This document shows positions 36,064-46,381 of a stretch of DNA of 48,238 nt, one piece after another. Position 1 is the first letter of the stretch, and each line of letters starts with the position of its first letter. The DNA is from an uncultured Bdellovibrionales bacterium (lineage in GTDB: Bacteria > Bdellovibrionota_C > UBA2361 > SZUA-149 > DAOLCO01), in contig CAYYIQ010000001.1 in assembly GCA_964472005.1 (NCBI GenBank), forward strand, positions 1 to 48,238, given 5' to 3'. The notes below the pieces were generated by a model, which searched no databases, was not told where the DNA came from, and saw only the letters and a list, made by a program, of their open reading frames with translations. A program made the translations under genes and the position numbers.

Positions 36064-38153
36064 TATTCCGATGCACCTATGTTAGATGATCTATCAAATA
36101 AACCATTAGGAAATATTTCAGTTAGCAACTCTTGACCAGGATCTGCAATTTCTTCAATTAACTCTTCTTCACCAATATTTTCGCTAGCATCAGAGTCTCT
36201 TCTTGAATCTCGTCTATTTATATTAACATCGTTCGAGGATGGTCGCTGTTGCTTTTTATTCAAGTCTTTAGATTCTAAAGTGTGATCTATCATACCTTGT
36301 TTATCAAAATATTTGTACATTACCTCTCTCACAACCGGCGCAGCAAACTCACCCCCGTGACCAGAATGTTCGACTATCGCAACCACAACGATTTCAGGAT
36401 TATCTACAGGGGCGTACCCAACAAACCAGGCATGATCTTGATTCAATTTATGATTATTCTCTAAACCTTTTTTCACGACTTGCGCAGTTCCAGTTTTACC
36501 GCCGATTCTAATTCCAGGGATTCTCGCAGATTTTGCAGTCCCTCTTTCATGCTCGGTCACTGACGCAGACATCTCTCGAACTAAATTTAAAGTTTCTAGC
36601 TTAATCAAACCTTCTTTTACTACATCCGACTTTAGCACAGGCTTATTTTCAACAAGAACCCCAGAGTTTTTTTCTATCCAAGATTTAAGCAAATGCAATT
36701 TATAATGCTTTCCAGAATTCGCAATTAACATTCCCATTTGCGCAAGTTGTATTGGCGTTGCGACGAAATAACCTTGTCCAATAGAAACAGGAATGGTGTC
36801 ACCAGGATACCATTTTTGATTGAAACGCTTAAGCTTCCATGCTGGACTTGGTGCAATTCCCGATTCTTCACCTACGATATCCAATCCTGTTTTTTTACCA
36901 AACCCAAAGTAGTCGAGGTATTTCGCCATCTTCTCGATGCCCAATTGATTCCCAAGATTATAGAAAAACGCATTGCAAGACAAAGTAAGCGCCATTTTTA
37001 AATCAATATTTCCATGTCCACCTCGTTTGTGACAGAGGTATCGACGATTTCCTAATTTGAAATATCCTGGGCAATTTAATGTTGTAGTCGGAGTGATTAA
37101 TTTTTCAGAGAGGCCAGCAATTGCCCAAAGTAGTTTAGATGTTGAGCCCAGTGGGTATGCACTCGCAATTCCACGATTAATCATCGGCTTCATTGGATTC
37201 TTTGTAAGAAATTCCCATTCTTTTGTTAACAACTCGCCTGAAAAAACATTTGCATCAAAAGTAGGTGCTGATGCAATCGTTAATACCTCACCGCTTCTAG
37301 GATCGAGAGCGATGACCGCACCACTGTGATCTCCCAGCGCAGTTTCAGCGGCTCGTTGTAAATCGATATCTATCGAAACCTTAATATCATTACCTGCGAC
37401 AGATGGTATTTTACCTAATTCTTGTTTCTTGACCCCTCTAGCATCGACTTCAAGCTGAAGGTAACCAGAATAGCCTCTGAGAATATCTTCATAAGTCTTC
37501 TCAAGACCAGTCTGCCCAATAACATCGCCAATTTTATAATCGTGTTTTTCGAGTTCCTTCAGCTGTGGCTTTGTTATTTCTCTAACGTACCCAAAAATTT
37601 GAGCAGCTAAATTTCCTTGCGGATAAGTTCGTGTAGGAATTGAATCAAAAGTAATACCTGGTAGCAGGTATGAGTTTGCCTTCAATCTGGCAAACTGCTC
37701 CGCCGTAAGATCTTCGACTAAAATTCGTGGCTCGAAACGTCGTGCATATTTATTTCTAGAGTAACTATCAAAAAGTAATCCGGCATCGATACCACTGATC
37801 TTTGCGACTTCGGCAATACTGATTGAAGGCTCTTCGACATCCTCAAGCATTATTCCAATATTAAACGAAGGTCTGTTTCCGACAAGAATCTTTCCTTCTC
37901 TATCTAGAATATTTCCTCGTGGAGCGACGACCTTAACTGTTCTAATTCTATTATTTTCAGATTTGTCTCGGTAAAACGAACCGTACAGAACTTGTAAATA
38001 CCACAACCGGACTCCGATAATGCCAAACAGCACGAGAATCAATCCCCTAAGCAGTCTAATTCGAGTTAAAGGATTAATGATTTTTGTTTTGTTTAAACCC
38101 ATATAGTTTTTAAACCTTCGTCGATACTCTTTTTCTAAAGAGTCGAATGACAA
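36063..38153 (-). CDS. mrdA: penicillin-binding protein 2 (elongasome transpeptidase)
   Basis: Dimerisation domain plus transpeptidase motifs (STSK, SGHG as the SxN-like motif, KTGTA). The C-terminal ~71 aa form an acidic low-complexity tail. The real start may be Met18 (38102), which would remove the 44-nt overlap with mreD. Confidence 0.93.
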   Translation of the reverse strand: MSFDSLEKEYRRRFKNYMGLNKTKIINPLTRIRLLRGLILVLFGIIGVRLWYLQVLYGSFYRDKSENNRIRTVKVVAPRGNILDREGKILVGNRPSFNIGIMLEDVEEPSISIAEVAKISGIDAGLLFDSYSRNKYARRFEPRILVEDLTAEQFARLKANSYLLPGITFDSIPTRTYPQGNLAAQIFGYVREITKPQLKELEKHDYKIGDVIGQTGLEKTYEDILRGYSGYLQLEVDARGVKKQELGKIPSVAGNDIKVSIDIDLQRAAETALGDHSGAVIALDPRSGEVLTIASAPTFDANVFSGELLTKEWEFLTKNPMKPMINRGIASAYPLGSTSKLLWAIAGLSEKLITPTTTLNCPGYFKLGNRRYLCHKRGGHGNIDLKMALTLSCNAFFYNLGNQLGIEKMAKYLDYFGFGKKTGLDIVGEESGIAPSPAWKLKRFNQKWYPGDTIPVSIGQGYFVATPIQLAQMGMLIANSGKHYKLHLLKSWIEKNSGVLVENKPVLKSDVVKEGLIKLETLNLVREMSASVTEHERGTAKSARIPGIRIGGKTGTAQVVKKGLENNHKLNQDHAWFVGYAPVDNPEIVVVAIVEHSGHGGEFAAPVVREVMYKYFDKQGMIDHTLESKDLNKKQQRPSSNDVNINRRDSRRDSDASENIGEEELIEEIADPGQELLTEIFPNGLFDRSSNIGASE

Positions 38154-38607
38154 ACGGTGCTAAAATGGACGTGACAATTATTTCTAATGGTAAAATTTCC
38201 AACAAATAACTGAATCGATCTGAGAAATTATCGGTCGGCGAAAATATGTTGACTATCAAATTTGAGGAAAGTTCTTTTACCAAAACCGCCCCACCGGCTA
38301 AAATAGCTAGTGATAGATATTTGTTGGCATAGACGTGTTTTGAAAAGACTTGAATTGTAAGACAAGCTATTAGGTTCCCCGCAGCTTGTGGCCCAACGAC
38401 GAGCCCCGTCGCAAAATCAGAGATCAATCCACATAAAAATGAAATTAACAATCCGTCGATTTTAGAAAATTTAAGCGCACCAGCAACCGAGATAATCAAT
38501 AATATATCGGGGACAGCTCTGGGAGAAATAAGTTCGGGAATAATATTGGTTTGCAATACTATTCCCGAAACTATCAGTAGAAAATAAACAATAAGATTCC
38601 TAATCAA
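38110..38607 (-). CDS. mreD: rod shape-determining protein MreD
   Basis: 165 aa polytopic membrane protein in the canonical position between mreC and mrdA. It has the PDILLII motif. Confidence 0.8.
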   Translation of the reverse strand: MIRNLIVYFLLIVSGIVLQTNIIPELISPRAVPDILLIISVAGALKFSKIDGLLISFLCGLISDFATGLVVGPQAAGNLIACLTIQVFSKHVYANKYLSLAILAGGAVLVKELSSNLIVNIFSPTDNFSDRFSYLLEILPLEIIVTSILAPFVIRLFRKRVSTKV

Positions 38608-38617
38608 AACGATCTAC

Positions 38618-39463
38618 CTATTTACTTAATTCGTTAGAGTTGATCGGTGAATTTAGAACTAAAACAGTTTCTAGTTTTCTAAAATCGACGATAGGTTGAA
38701 CTGAAATTTCTTGAAAGAGACCCGCATTAGAGTTTTTCAGACTTTTCACATTTCCAATGAAAATACCTTTAGGGAATATGCCATCTAATCCAGATGTCAT
38801 GACTCGTTCGCCTAGCGTTATTTGAGCAGACAAAGAATTTTCAACAAAATTCAGTTTAAGCTCTTCGTTACTAAAAGAACCTTCAATCATCCCGTTTACT
38901 CTACTATCCTGCGTCATTCCACCTACCGAACTTGATGGATCCGTAAGCAATAAGACAGTTGCATAATTTTTATTGATCGAAGAAATTCGGCCTACCAAGC
39001 CTTCTCCATTAATTACAGCATCACCTAAATCCAAGTTACTCGTCGAACCTTGATTTATTGTTATGGTCATTGACCAGTTCGATGGATCTCTACCAATTAC
39101 CTTGGCGACAACGCCTTCTTTTTCCGCATTAGACTTAAAAGCTAAGATTGAAGACAATCTAGAATTTTCATTCTTAAATTCCAATAATTCAAATCGTTCA
39201 GTTTTAAGATCTTGTACCTGCATTTCTAACAGCCTGATCTTCTCAGATAAACCCTGTAGCCACAGATATCTAGCCCATACAAATGAACCAGTTTCAATTG
39301 ATTCGTGAAAAACTTTTTGGATCGGAGAAATAATATTAGAAAGGATACTCCATCCAGCTTTAGGAAAAGATGGATATTTGTAACTCATACTCGTTAGTTG
39401 GAGTGCTAACCCTAACAGTAAAAGTATCAAGAAATTATGGGAATTTCTTTTTAATCTCTCCAT
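38618..39463 (-). CDS. mreC: rod shape-determining protein MreC
   Basis: 281 aa with an N-terminal TM, a coiled coil (LEMQVQDLKTERFELLEFKNEN) and beta-barrel domains (GEGLVGRISSINKNYATVLLLTD, SGLDGIFPKGIFIG). Confidence 0.9.
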   Translation of the reverse strand: MERLKRNSHNFLILLLLGLALQLTSMSYKYPSFPKAGWSILSNIISPIQKVFHESIETGSFVWARYLWLQGLSEKIRLLEMQVQDLKTERFELLEFKNENSRLSSILAFKSNAEKEGVVAKVIGRDPSNWSMTITINQGSTSNLDLGDAVINGEGLVGRISSINKNYATVLLLTDPSSSVGGMTQDSRVNGMIEGSFSNEELKLNFVENSLSAQITLGERVMTSGLDGIFPKGIFIGNVKSLKNSNAGLFQEISVQPIVDFRKLETVLVLNSPINSNELSK

Positions 39464-39507
39464 TAAATTGATCGTTCTCTTTATCTAGCAAAAGGGATAT
39501 TTGACTT

Positions 39508-40539
39508 TTACTTCATTGTGACTTCTTTCAGAAGTTCTGGATTATCTAGTATTTTTCCTGATCCGATAACAACAGCACACAATGGATCTTCTGCTAACAC
39601 GACACTCAAACCTGTTACTTCCGACAAAAGACGATCTAGATTCTTCAAGAGTGCGCCACCGCCTGCTAAAGTTACTCCGCGTTCTACGATATCAGACGCG
39701 AGTTCAGCTGGTGTTTTTTCTAACACTTGTCTTATTACTTCAACAATTTGTTTTATAGGCTCAATTAACGCTTCTCTAATATCTTCTTCTGTTACCGTAA
39801 CCGTTTTTGGAAGACCTTCAACTAAGTCTCTCCCAGTAATATCAACCGATCTATTCTCACCAGTACCCATCGCAGATCCTAAAGTGATCTTTAAGTTCTC
39901 TGCAGTTCTGTCACCGATTGCCAGGTTGAAATTGCGTTTAATATAATTAATGATCGCATCGTCCATCTTGTCGCCACCAACACGAATTGATTGAGAATGA
40001 ACAATACCTTTAAGGGAGATGACAGCGACTTCAGTTGTGCCTCCACCGATATCTACAATCATCGAACCACAAGCTTCTGTAACCGGTAGCCCGGCTCCGA
40101 TAGCAGCTGCCATTGGCTCTACTACTAAATGAACTTCACGAGCGCCAGCCGACTCTGCACTTTCTTTAACGGCTCTTTTTTCAACTTCAGTGATGCCATA
40201 AGGAACACAAATAATGACTCTCGGTCTAACTAAACTTCTTCGAGTATGAGCTTGTTGAATGAAGTACCTTAACATTTCTTCGGTAACTTCAAAGTCCGCG
40301 ATAACTCCGTCTTTTAGAGGTCTTACAGCTGTAATGCCTTCAGGAGTACGTCCAAACATATTTTTCGCCGCCGTACCGACTGCGACTACTTTTTTTGCGG
40401 AAAATTTTCCATTCTGAACTGCAACTACTGACGGTTCATTTGCAACGATTCCCCGACCTTTTACGTATATTAAGGTGTTAGCGGTTCCTAGATCAATGGC
40501 AAGGTCATTTGAAAATGCTCCAAATATTGCGCTAAACAT
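39508..40539 (-). CDS. mreB: rod shape-determining actin homologue MreB
   Basis: 343 aa with [33 protein letters not shown] and [15 protein letters not shown] motifs. Confidence 0.97.
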   Translation of the reverse strand: MFSAIFGAFSNDLAIDLGTANTLIYVKGRGIVANEPSVVAVQNGKFSAKKVVAVGTAAKNMFGRTPEGITAVRPLKDGVIADFEVTEEMLRYFIQQAHTRRSLVRPRVIICVPYGITEVEKRAVKESAESAGAREVHLVVEPMAAAIGAGLPVTEACGSMIVDIGGGTTEVAVISLKGIVHSQSIRVGGDKMDDAIINYIKRNFNLAIGDRTAENLKITLGSAMGTGENRSVDITGRDLVEGLPKTVTVTEEDIREALIEPIKQIVEVIRQVLEKTPAELASDIVERGVTLAGGGALLKNLDRLLSEVTGLSVVLAEDPLCAVVIGSGKILDNPELLKEVTMK

Positions 40540-40649
40540 GTAATACTCCGTAAATATTGAAAAATTTGGTGTTGCTAAATTCTAGTGCGGTGGCGTTAAA
40601 TACACGAAAGCCCTTATAAAAGCGAGCGGAACTCGAAGATTTTTTTAAT

Positions 40650-40898
40650 TTAATTAGCTTCTTGCGGTGAAACTATATTTAGATGTTCTTCGAGCATTTG
40701 AAGTTGAACTTCTACTGGCAAACGTCGATCAAGGAAGACCAACCTTTTACCAGACAAGCTACATCGACCACTTCGAACTTTAAAACTTGGGCCTCGAGTC
40801 AATTTTTCTCTCCGTATTTCTAAATCTGATTCGGCTAAAGACTTGATAATAGTACGAATTCTACTTTCACATTCTTTTTCAAATTTATTTTGACCCAT
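40650..40898 (-). CDS. hypothetical protein
   Basis: 82-aa ORF, 110 nt upstream of mreB on the same strand. I recognise no motif. Confidence 0.45.
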   Translation of the reverse strand: MGQNKFEKECESRIRTIIKSLAESDLEIRREKLTRGPSFKVRSGRCSLSGKRLVFLDRRLPVEVQLQMLEEHLNIVSPQEAN

Positions 40899-41019
40899 AC
40901 TTAATTAGGCACCAATTATAAAGGTAATAAAAATACATGTCGAGAATATCTATGTAAGCTACTTTTAACAAGTACTAAACAGATTAATTCACTAATTCCG
41001 TGATTAATATGTTTAACAC

Positions 41020-41202
41020 ATGAAATTAAGGACAGATGATATGGCTATAGAATCAGTCGGCGCAAGTTCAGCTAGCGAACCAAAAGTTCGAGAGCGAAAA
41101 CAAGTTGAACGAAAAGAAAACAATGAAAAAGCCGAGCAAGTCGCGGAGCAGAAAGATAATAGTGAAAAAAGTAGTGCCCGTCAGTCGCTTGCAGTCGCGT
41201 AA
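41020..41202 (+). CDS. hypothetical small charged protein
   Basis: 60-aa Lys/Glu-rich ORF followed by an inverted repeat. Evidence that it is coding is weak. Confidence 0.3.
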   Translation: MKLRTDDMAIESVGASSASEPKVRERKQVERKENNEKAEQVAEQKDNSEKSSARQSLAVA

Positions 41203-41237
41203 CATTTGCTTTGAATTTAGATTATTTTTAGAAGAAT

Positions 41238-41282
41238 AAAACTACGATTTGATCGGCGACAAAACGTCGATGTCGTAGTTTT
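41238..41282. terminator. possible bidirectional terminator between 41020..41202(+) and rsmA(-)
   Basis: AAAACTACGA (41238..41247) pairs with TCGTAGTTTT (41273..41282), so the A-run and T-run flank a 7-bp core stem. An inner mini-stem (CGAC-aaaac-GTCG) lies in the 25-nt loop. Confidence 0.45.
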
Positions 41283-41300
41283 CACAAAATTACCTATGCC

Positions 41301-42158
41301 TCATTGAAGTAATAGCAAAAGCCCGTCCGCAAGTTTGCAAAACTGTGCAACGCTCAACTCTTCGGCTCGCACTGTACTTGAAAGATTCAACTTTTCAATC
41401 GTTTGATCAATTTTTTCCTTCTCTATTTGAGGGAATTTTGACTTCAAACAGTTGGCCAGACGTTTACGTCTCATTGAAAATGAAGCTCTGACAACTCTTT
41501 CAAAAAAATCCTCCTCACATGAAAGTGAATAATTTTTTACTTTATGCTTCAAAATGATTTGCTGTGAGGGTACTCCAGCTGCAGGGAAAAAGGCAGTTCC
41601 AGGAACCTCTACACCCAGTTCGATATCGAAATAAAATTGTGAGTGTACGGAGATTGACCCGTATGCTTTACAACCTTCTTCGGATGCCAGGCGTTCGGCG
41701 AATTCCTTTTGAACGAGCAATGAAGCCGATTCAACATTTTTTCGATTCTCAATAAGCCAAAGGATAGCCTCAGTCGAAAAGACATAAGGAAGATTACTTA
41801 AAATATTAAGTCTTTCTTCACCAAATTGTTCACTCAAATTTATGGTTCTAAAATCGGCATTAATAAAATCTAACTTTTCTTTAGCATTGAAGAATTTGTT
41901 TGATAAATATCGAACAAACTGATCCTCAATTTCAACACAGCAAATTTTTTTGTTTTTTTCAATAAGAATTTCGGTCAAAGCACCTAGCCCTGGTCCTATT
42001 TCTAGAATAGTCTTGTCATCTGTCAGAATTTCTCTCGGAACTAAACGTTCAGCGTCATGCCGACTTTCAAGAAAATTCTGCCCCCTCCCCTTGGAAGGTT
42101 TTACGTTTAGACTTGCAAGTGTAGATTTTAGTGAGCTCATATTTCGCTTAAAGGCCAA
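41301..42158 (-). CDS. rsmA: 16S rRNA (adenine1518/1519-N6)-dimethyltransferase
   Basis: GQNFL and SAM-binding ILEIGPGLGALT motifs; 285 aa. Confidence 0.93.
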   Translation of the reverse strand: MAFKRNMSSLKSTLASLNVKPSKGRGQNFLESRHDAERLVPREILTDDKTILEIGPGLGALTEILIEKNKKICCVEIEDQFVRYLSNKFFNAKEKLDFINADFRTINLSEQFGEERLNILSNLPYVFSTEAILWLIENRKNVESASLLVQKEFAERLASEEGCKAYGSISVHSQFYFDIELGVEVPGTAFFPAAGVPSQQIILKHKVKNYSLSCEEDFFERVVRASFSMRRKRLANCLKSKFPQIEKEKIDQTIEKLNLSSTVRAEELSVAQFCKLADGLLLLLQ

Positions 42159-43237
42159 CGTGCTTTGACTGGGAAAGTCGAAGGTTCATTTGTAGTTATC
42201 GTATTATTCATCTTCAGTGCGGCAGCTATCGCAATCATAGACGCATTATCGGTACAAAACCTAAATGGGGGCATTAATGCTTCCAATTTATTCTTTATTG
42301 AGACCTCCTTAAAAGCGGTCTTGAGAGTTTCATTGGCAGCAACTCCACCACAAAGAACTATCGATTTCAATTTGTGACTCTCAGCTAAATCAGATATCCA
42401 AAATTCTAATTTAGAAATCAGGCTTTGCACGATACAGTTTTCAACGCTTGCAGAAAAATTTTCAATAAACTTCTTCTTCTCAATATCAGAATTAATTTGT
42501 CCAACTTCTTTTTTAATTAGTTGACTCGCTGCTGTTTTTAATCCACTGAAACTAAAAGAATCCTGTACGTTTTGCACTGGTAAGGGAAGTGTGTGGACAA
42601 TCGATCCGTTTCTAGCCCACTCCGAAAGTTCTTTTCCTGCGGGATATTTAAAACCGAGTAAAGATCCGATTTTATCAAAAGCTTCACCTGCTGCATCATC
42701 TTGCGTATTTGCTATTATTTTATATTCACCAACTTTTTCAATTAGTAATATTTGCGTATGACCGCCAGAAACCAGTAACGCCAACGCAGGGAGTTTATCG
42801 AGATATGTTGATTTTTTTAACTGATAAAAACCACTTAATATATGTGCTTCCAAATGATTTATTGGGATAAGCGGGACGTTGTTGGCAAGACTTAAACCCT
42901 TGGCATAGCTGACTCCCACAAGCAGGCATCCTTTCAACCCAGGACCAGCGGTTACAGCAATTTTTTTAACGGCACCTTTTTCAATATTAGTTTCATGATG
43001 AAGGGCATTAATTAAAAGCGGTAGATTTCGAATATGTTCTCTCGATGCTAATTCTGGAACAACACCTCCAAAATCGCTATGTAATTTTATTTGTGAACTC
43101 AACTTTTCAGCAACTAAGCAGTCTTCAATTGGTGTATCATTATCAAAGGCATCTAGATCAAAAAAAGCGCAGGCAGTTTCATCGCAACTGGACTCGATGG
43201 CTAACAATATTTTTTTATCACTACCGTTGCTAGCCAT
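42137..43237 (-). CDS. tsaD: tRNA N6-adenosine threonylcarbamoyltransferase TsaD
   Basis: ILLAIESSCDETACA, NHLEAHIL and LLVSGGHTQIL motifs; 366 aa. Confidence 0.95.
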   Translation of the reverse strand: MASNGSDKKILLAIESSCDETACAFFDLDAFDNDTPIEDCLVAEKLSSQIKLHSDFGGVVPELASREHIRNLPLLINALHHETNIEKGAVKKIAVTAGPGLKGCLLVGVSYAKGLSLANNVPLIPINHLEAHILSGFYQLKKSTYLDKLPALALLVSGGHTQILLIEKVGEYKIIANTQDDAAGEAFDKIGSLLGFKYPAGKELSEWARNGSIVHTLPLPVQNVQDSFSFSGLKTAASQLIKKEVGQINSDIEKKKFIENFSASVENCIVQSLISKLEFWISDLAESHKLKSIVLCGGVAANETLKTAFKEVSIKNKLEALMPPFRFCTDNASMIAIAAALKMNNTITTNEPSTFPVKARWPLSEI

Positions 43238-43239
43238 TG

Positions 43240-44181
43240 CTAATTAACTAAAGATTTCAAAAATGAGGCGACTGCCTTTTTATCCGTCGTTGACATTTCC
43301 GAATAGTATTCGACCGGACAAAGAGAATCTTTCCTATTAGTTTTCCCGAGATAATCTACTATTTGCTCCTCAGTCCATTCTTTCAACCCATCATCTGAAT
43401 TTCGGATAGAAGGCACGTCCAACTCGATTGCTTCTTTATCGGTAAAATAAACTTGGCCCGCATAGCCATTTAAAAAATCTCCCTTATCGGCCATTTTTTG
43501 ACTTGGGCTATGGCATCTAGAACAAGTTTGAACGAACGATGCTAAATACAAACCGCGATAGGCACCCGAATTTTCAGCCATCTTAGGAACGTAGCCAGAA
43601 ATTTCTGAATGTTGACTTAAAAGGCCCCACTTTTTCAATTTATATTTACTAAGTGTCCTCGGTTCTATTTTATTTTTTCGTGGTTCAACACTCTGTAGAA
43701 AGATGGCAATTCCTTTGCTATCTTCATCGCTCAACCACCGATAGGTCGAATGGCTCGAGGGTGAAAGTAAACGACCATCTCTGCTTATATTTTCCCGTAT
43801 TGCTCGCTTGATTTGGCCAACAGTCCAGTCACCAATACCTGTTTTTTTATCTGATGTGATATTTGGAACAACAATAGAACCGTATTCGTCTTCAAACGTC
43901 CTCCCACCCGACAACGGTGAGCTGCTCGAGCCGTCTGAAGAATGACACGAACCACAAGCTGCAATTTTCACCAAATATTCGCCATTAGTTCTCAATCTTT
44001 CCAACTCTATTGGGTTAAGTTCGACGGAATCAATATCATCTACCTCTGTTTTTGGAAGAGGCTTTTTAGTTTCAGGATTCTTTTCACCCTCATGCCCCGT
44101 GCTAAAGCACCCTGAAACAACAACTAACGAAAATGAAATTAGAAGTTTTTTTAAGAATTTAATATCCTTGATTGATTCCAA
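43240..44181 (-). CDS. dihaem c-type cytochrome lipoprotein
   Basis: 313 aa with lipobox VVSGC and two CxxCH haem-binding motifs (CGSCH, CSRCH). Confidence 0.8.
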   Translation of the reverse strand: MESIKDIKFLKKLLISFSLVVVSGCFSTGHEGEKNPETKKPLPKTEVDDIDSVELNPIELERLRTNGEYLVKIAACGSCHSSDGSSSSPLSGGRTFEDEYGSIVVPNITSDKKTGIGDWTVGQIKRAIRENISRDGRLLSPSSHSTYRWLSDEDSKGIAIFLQSVEPRKNKIEPRTLSKYKLKKWGLLSQHSEISGYVPKMAENSGAYRGLYLASFVQTCSRCHSPSQKMADKGDFLNGYAGQVYFTDKEAIELDVPSIRNSDDGLKEWTEEQIVDYLGKTNRKDSLCPVEYYSEMSTTDKKAVASFLKSLVN

Positions 44182-44183
44182 AC

Positions 44184-45629
44184 TTATTCTGCTGTTTTAA
44201 GAGTTAAAAATATTGTGCCTTCCGCTCTTCGAACTAAAAGTAACATCGGAACATTTGGTTTAATTTCAGATGTTTTAACTTTAAAATCGTTTGCTGATGT
44301 AATTGGCCGCGAATTAAGTTCTAAAATAACATCTCCACGTTTAATTCCAGCCTCTTGAGCAATACTATCTGGTTCAACATCAGAGATTAAAACACCGTCG
44401 CTGTTTTTTAATCCAAGTCCCCTAGCGATTTCAGGTGTCAAATCTTGAGTGGACATTCCAAACCGATCTTCAACTACCGCAGCTTGCACTTTCTGTATTT
44501 CGTCGTCTTTCAATTCTTCAATCATAACTGAAATTGTTTTTCGACTGCCAGACCGTACTACTTCCACATTGACCTTAGATCCAATTGCAGTTTGAGCGAC
44601 CAGAAGTGGTAGTTCACTATTTTCCTGTATCGCTTGACTATCATAATCAACGATAACATCCCCCCGTTTAAGGCCAGCTTTATCAGCGGGACTTCCTGGA
44701 ATGACATCCGCGACAAGAGCCCCGGCTACTTCTTTTAGCCTCATCGCTGTTGCGATGTCTTGATTAACAGGTTGAATTAAAACACCTAGCCATCCTCGAG
44801 TAACCTTTCCATTATCTTTTAACTGACTGACAATTGTTTTTACTAAATTTACAGGTATCGCAAATCCAATTCCAATACTGCCTCCACCGCCGAGTCCGCC
44901 TCTGCTATAGATGGCGGTATTAACCCCAACTACCTGACCTTGGGCATTGAACAATGGGCCTCCCGAATTACCGGGGTTTATGGATGCATCAGTTTGAATA
45001 AAATCATCGTAAGGTTTTCCACCAGGAAGTTTTCTTGAAACCGCAGAGACAATCCCTACAGTTGCAGTATGTCCCAAGCGAAATGGATTACCAATTGCAA
45101 TTACCCAATCTCCTGCTCTGACGTTATCTGATCGTCCTAATGGAGCTGCAACATATTTTCCTGGCTTTGTTAGCTTCAAGAGAGCTAAATCCGTTTTGGA
45201 ATCGCTGCCCACAACCACTGCATCGATTGGTTTGCTTTCATCCTTAAAAGTAACAAAGATCTTGGAAGCCCCTTCAACTACGTGGTGATTGGTAACTAGA
45301 TAACCATCTGGGTGGATAACGAAGCCGCTTCCTAAGCTTGTAAATTTTCTCTGTGAGTTCGGTGGGGGTTGTAGCAGAAAGTCGAAGGGATTGTTTGGAT
45401 CAAGTTGAATTTGTTTATCTAGCTCATTCTTCCCTTCCGTTCTTATATTAACAACAGATTGACCTAGTTTTTCGATGATAGGTGCAAAACTGGGAAACTG
45501 TGATTCGGGTAAAAGCTTTTCAGGATTACTGTCTTCTATCCAAGGTTTATCATCGGCAGATAGAAAGCTAGAATACCCGAGTGTTAATAAAACTAGAAAA
45601 ACATTTATTAATTTCATTTTCTTGATCAT
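44184..45629 (-). CDS. htrA: periplasmic serine endoprotease DegP/HtrA family (two PDZ domains)
   Basis: Signal peptide, catalytic triad context (TNHHVV, DLALLKL, GNSGGPLFN) and two PDZ segments; 481 aa. Confidence 0.93.
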   Translation of the reverse strand: MIKKMKLINVFLVLLTLGYSSFLSADDKPWIEDSNPEKLLPESQFPSFAPIIEKLGQSVVNIRTEGKNELDKQIQLDPNNPFDFLLQPPPNSQRKFTSLGSGFVIHPDGYLVTNHHVVEGASKIFVTFKDESKPIDAVVVGSDSKTDLALLKLTKPGKYVAAPLGRSDNVRAGDWVIAIGNPFRLGHTATVGIVSAVSRKLPGGKPYDDFIQTDASINPGNSGGPLFNAQGQVVGVNTAIYSRGGLGGGGSIGIGFAIPVNLVKTIVSQLKDNGKVTRGWLGVLIQPVNQDIATAMRLKEVAGALVADVIPGSPADKAGLKRGDVIVDYDSQAIQENSELPLLVAQTAIGSKVNVEVVRSGSRKTISVMIEELKDDEIQKVQAAVVEDRFGMSTQDLTPEIARGLGLKNSDGVLISDVEPDSIAQEAGIKRGDVILELNSRPITSANDFKVKTSEIKPNVPMLLLVRRAEGTIFLTLKTAE

Positions 45630-45637
45630 ATTAAAAT

Positions 45638-46090
45638 TTAATTACCTTTAGATCTATTTACGAATAGCAGTCTTAAATTATTTAAAATTTCAGTAAACAA
45701 TTTTTCTTCTTCTTCTGACAAGTTTCCTTTTGTTTTATCTTCAAGAAGACTTAAGATGTCTATATTTTGCCTTGCAGCTTCTATATTTTTCGTAACAACA
45801 TTGGTTTCAGGATTTGGAATCTCGCCTAAAAATATTAAAGTTTGTGAATAGATACCGACCAAGAAAGAAGGCAGGTCAATTTTACCGGAAGACTCACCCG
45901 TCGGCCTAGAAGCCTGCTTGTCTGAATTTAAATTTTCAGCAACAGTTGGCTCAGCGGGTTTATTTGGAGCCGCAACAGACTCACGCTTCTCGTTGGAATC
46001 TGTATCATTTTCGATAGAATCACCTGACTCACTAAACCTTCGTCTGTCAACGACTTTTATATTTTGATTGTCTTCTTCAGAATTGCTCAT
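45638..46090 (-). CDS. DUF1844-domain protein
   Basis: 150 aa. FLVGIYSQTLIFLGEIPNPETN...ARQNIDILSLLEDKTKGNLSEEEEKLFTEILNNLRLLF fits my recollection of the DUF1844 pattern. Confidence 0.65.
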   Translation of the reverse strand: MSNSEEDNQNIKVVDRRRFSESGDSIENDTDSNEKRESVAAPNKPAEPTVAENLNSDKQASRPTGESSGKIDLPSFLVGIYSQTLIFLGEIPNPETNVVTKNIEAARQNIDILSLLEDKTKGNLSEEEEKLFTEILNNLRLLFVNRSKGN

Positions 46091-46381
46091 TTCAAATCCA
46101 TATTTTCTGTAAATTAATTAATAAATATGACATTTTAGCTGATCCAGTTGTAGCATTGTAATAAATTAATAACTATAAGATGTACCAGTTAAGTTTAGAA
46201 TACTAAAAAAAAGTCATAACCACACAGAATTCGACGCTCCTTAAGAGTTCGTAACCATAAATCTTAAACTCCTAATCTGACAAGGTGGTTATATTAAATA
46301 CAATTTAATAGCTAATTGTCATTAATTTTTAAAGAGAGTATTATTTACCAAAGTTTGATTCTCTTTTAACACAGTAACTGA

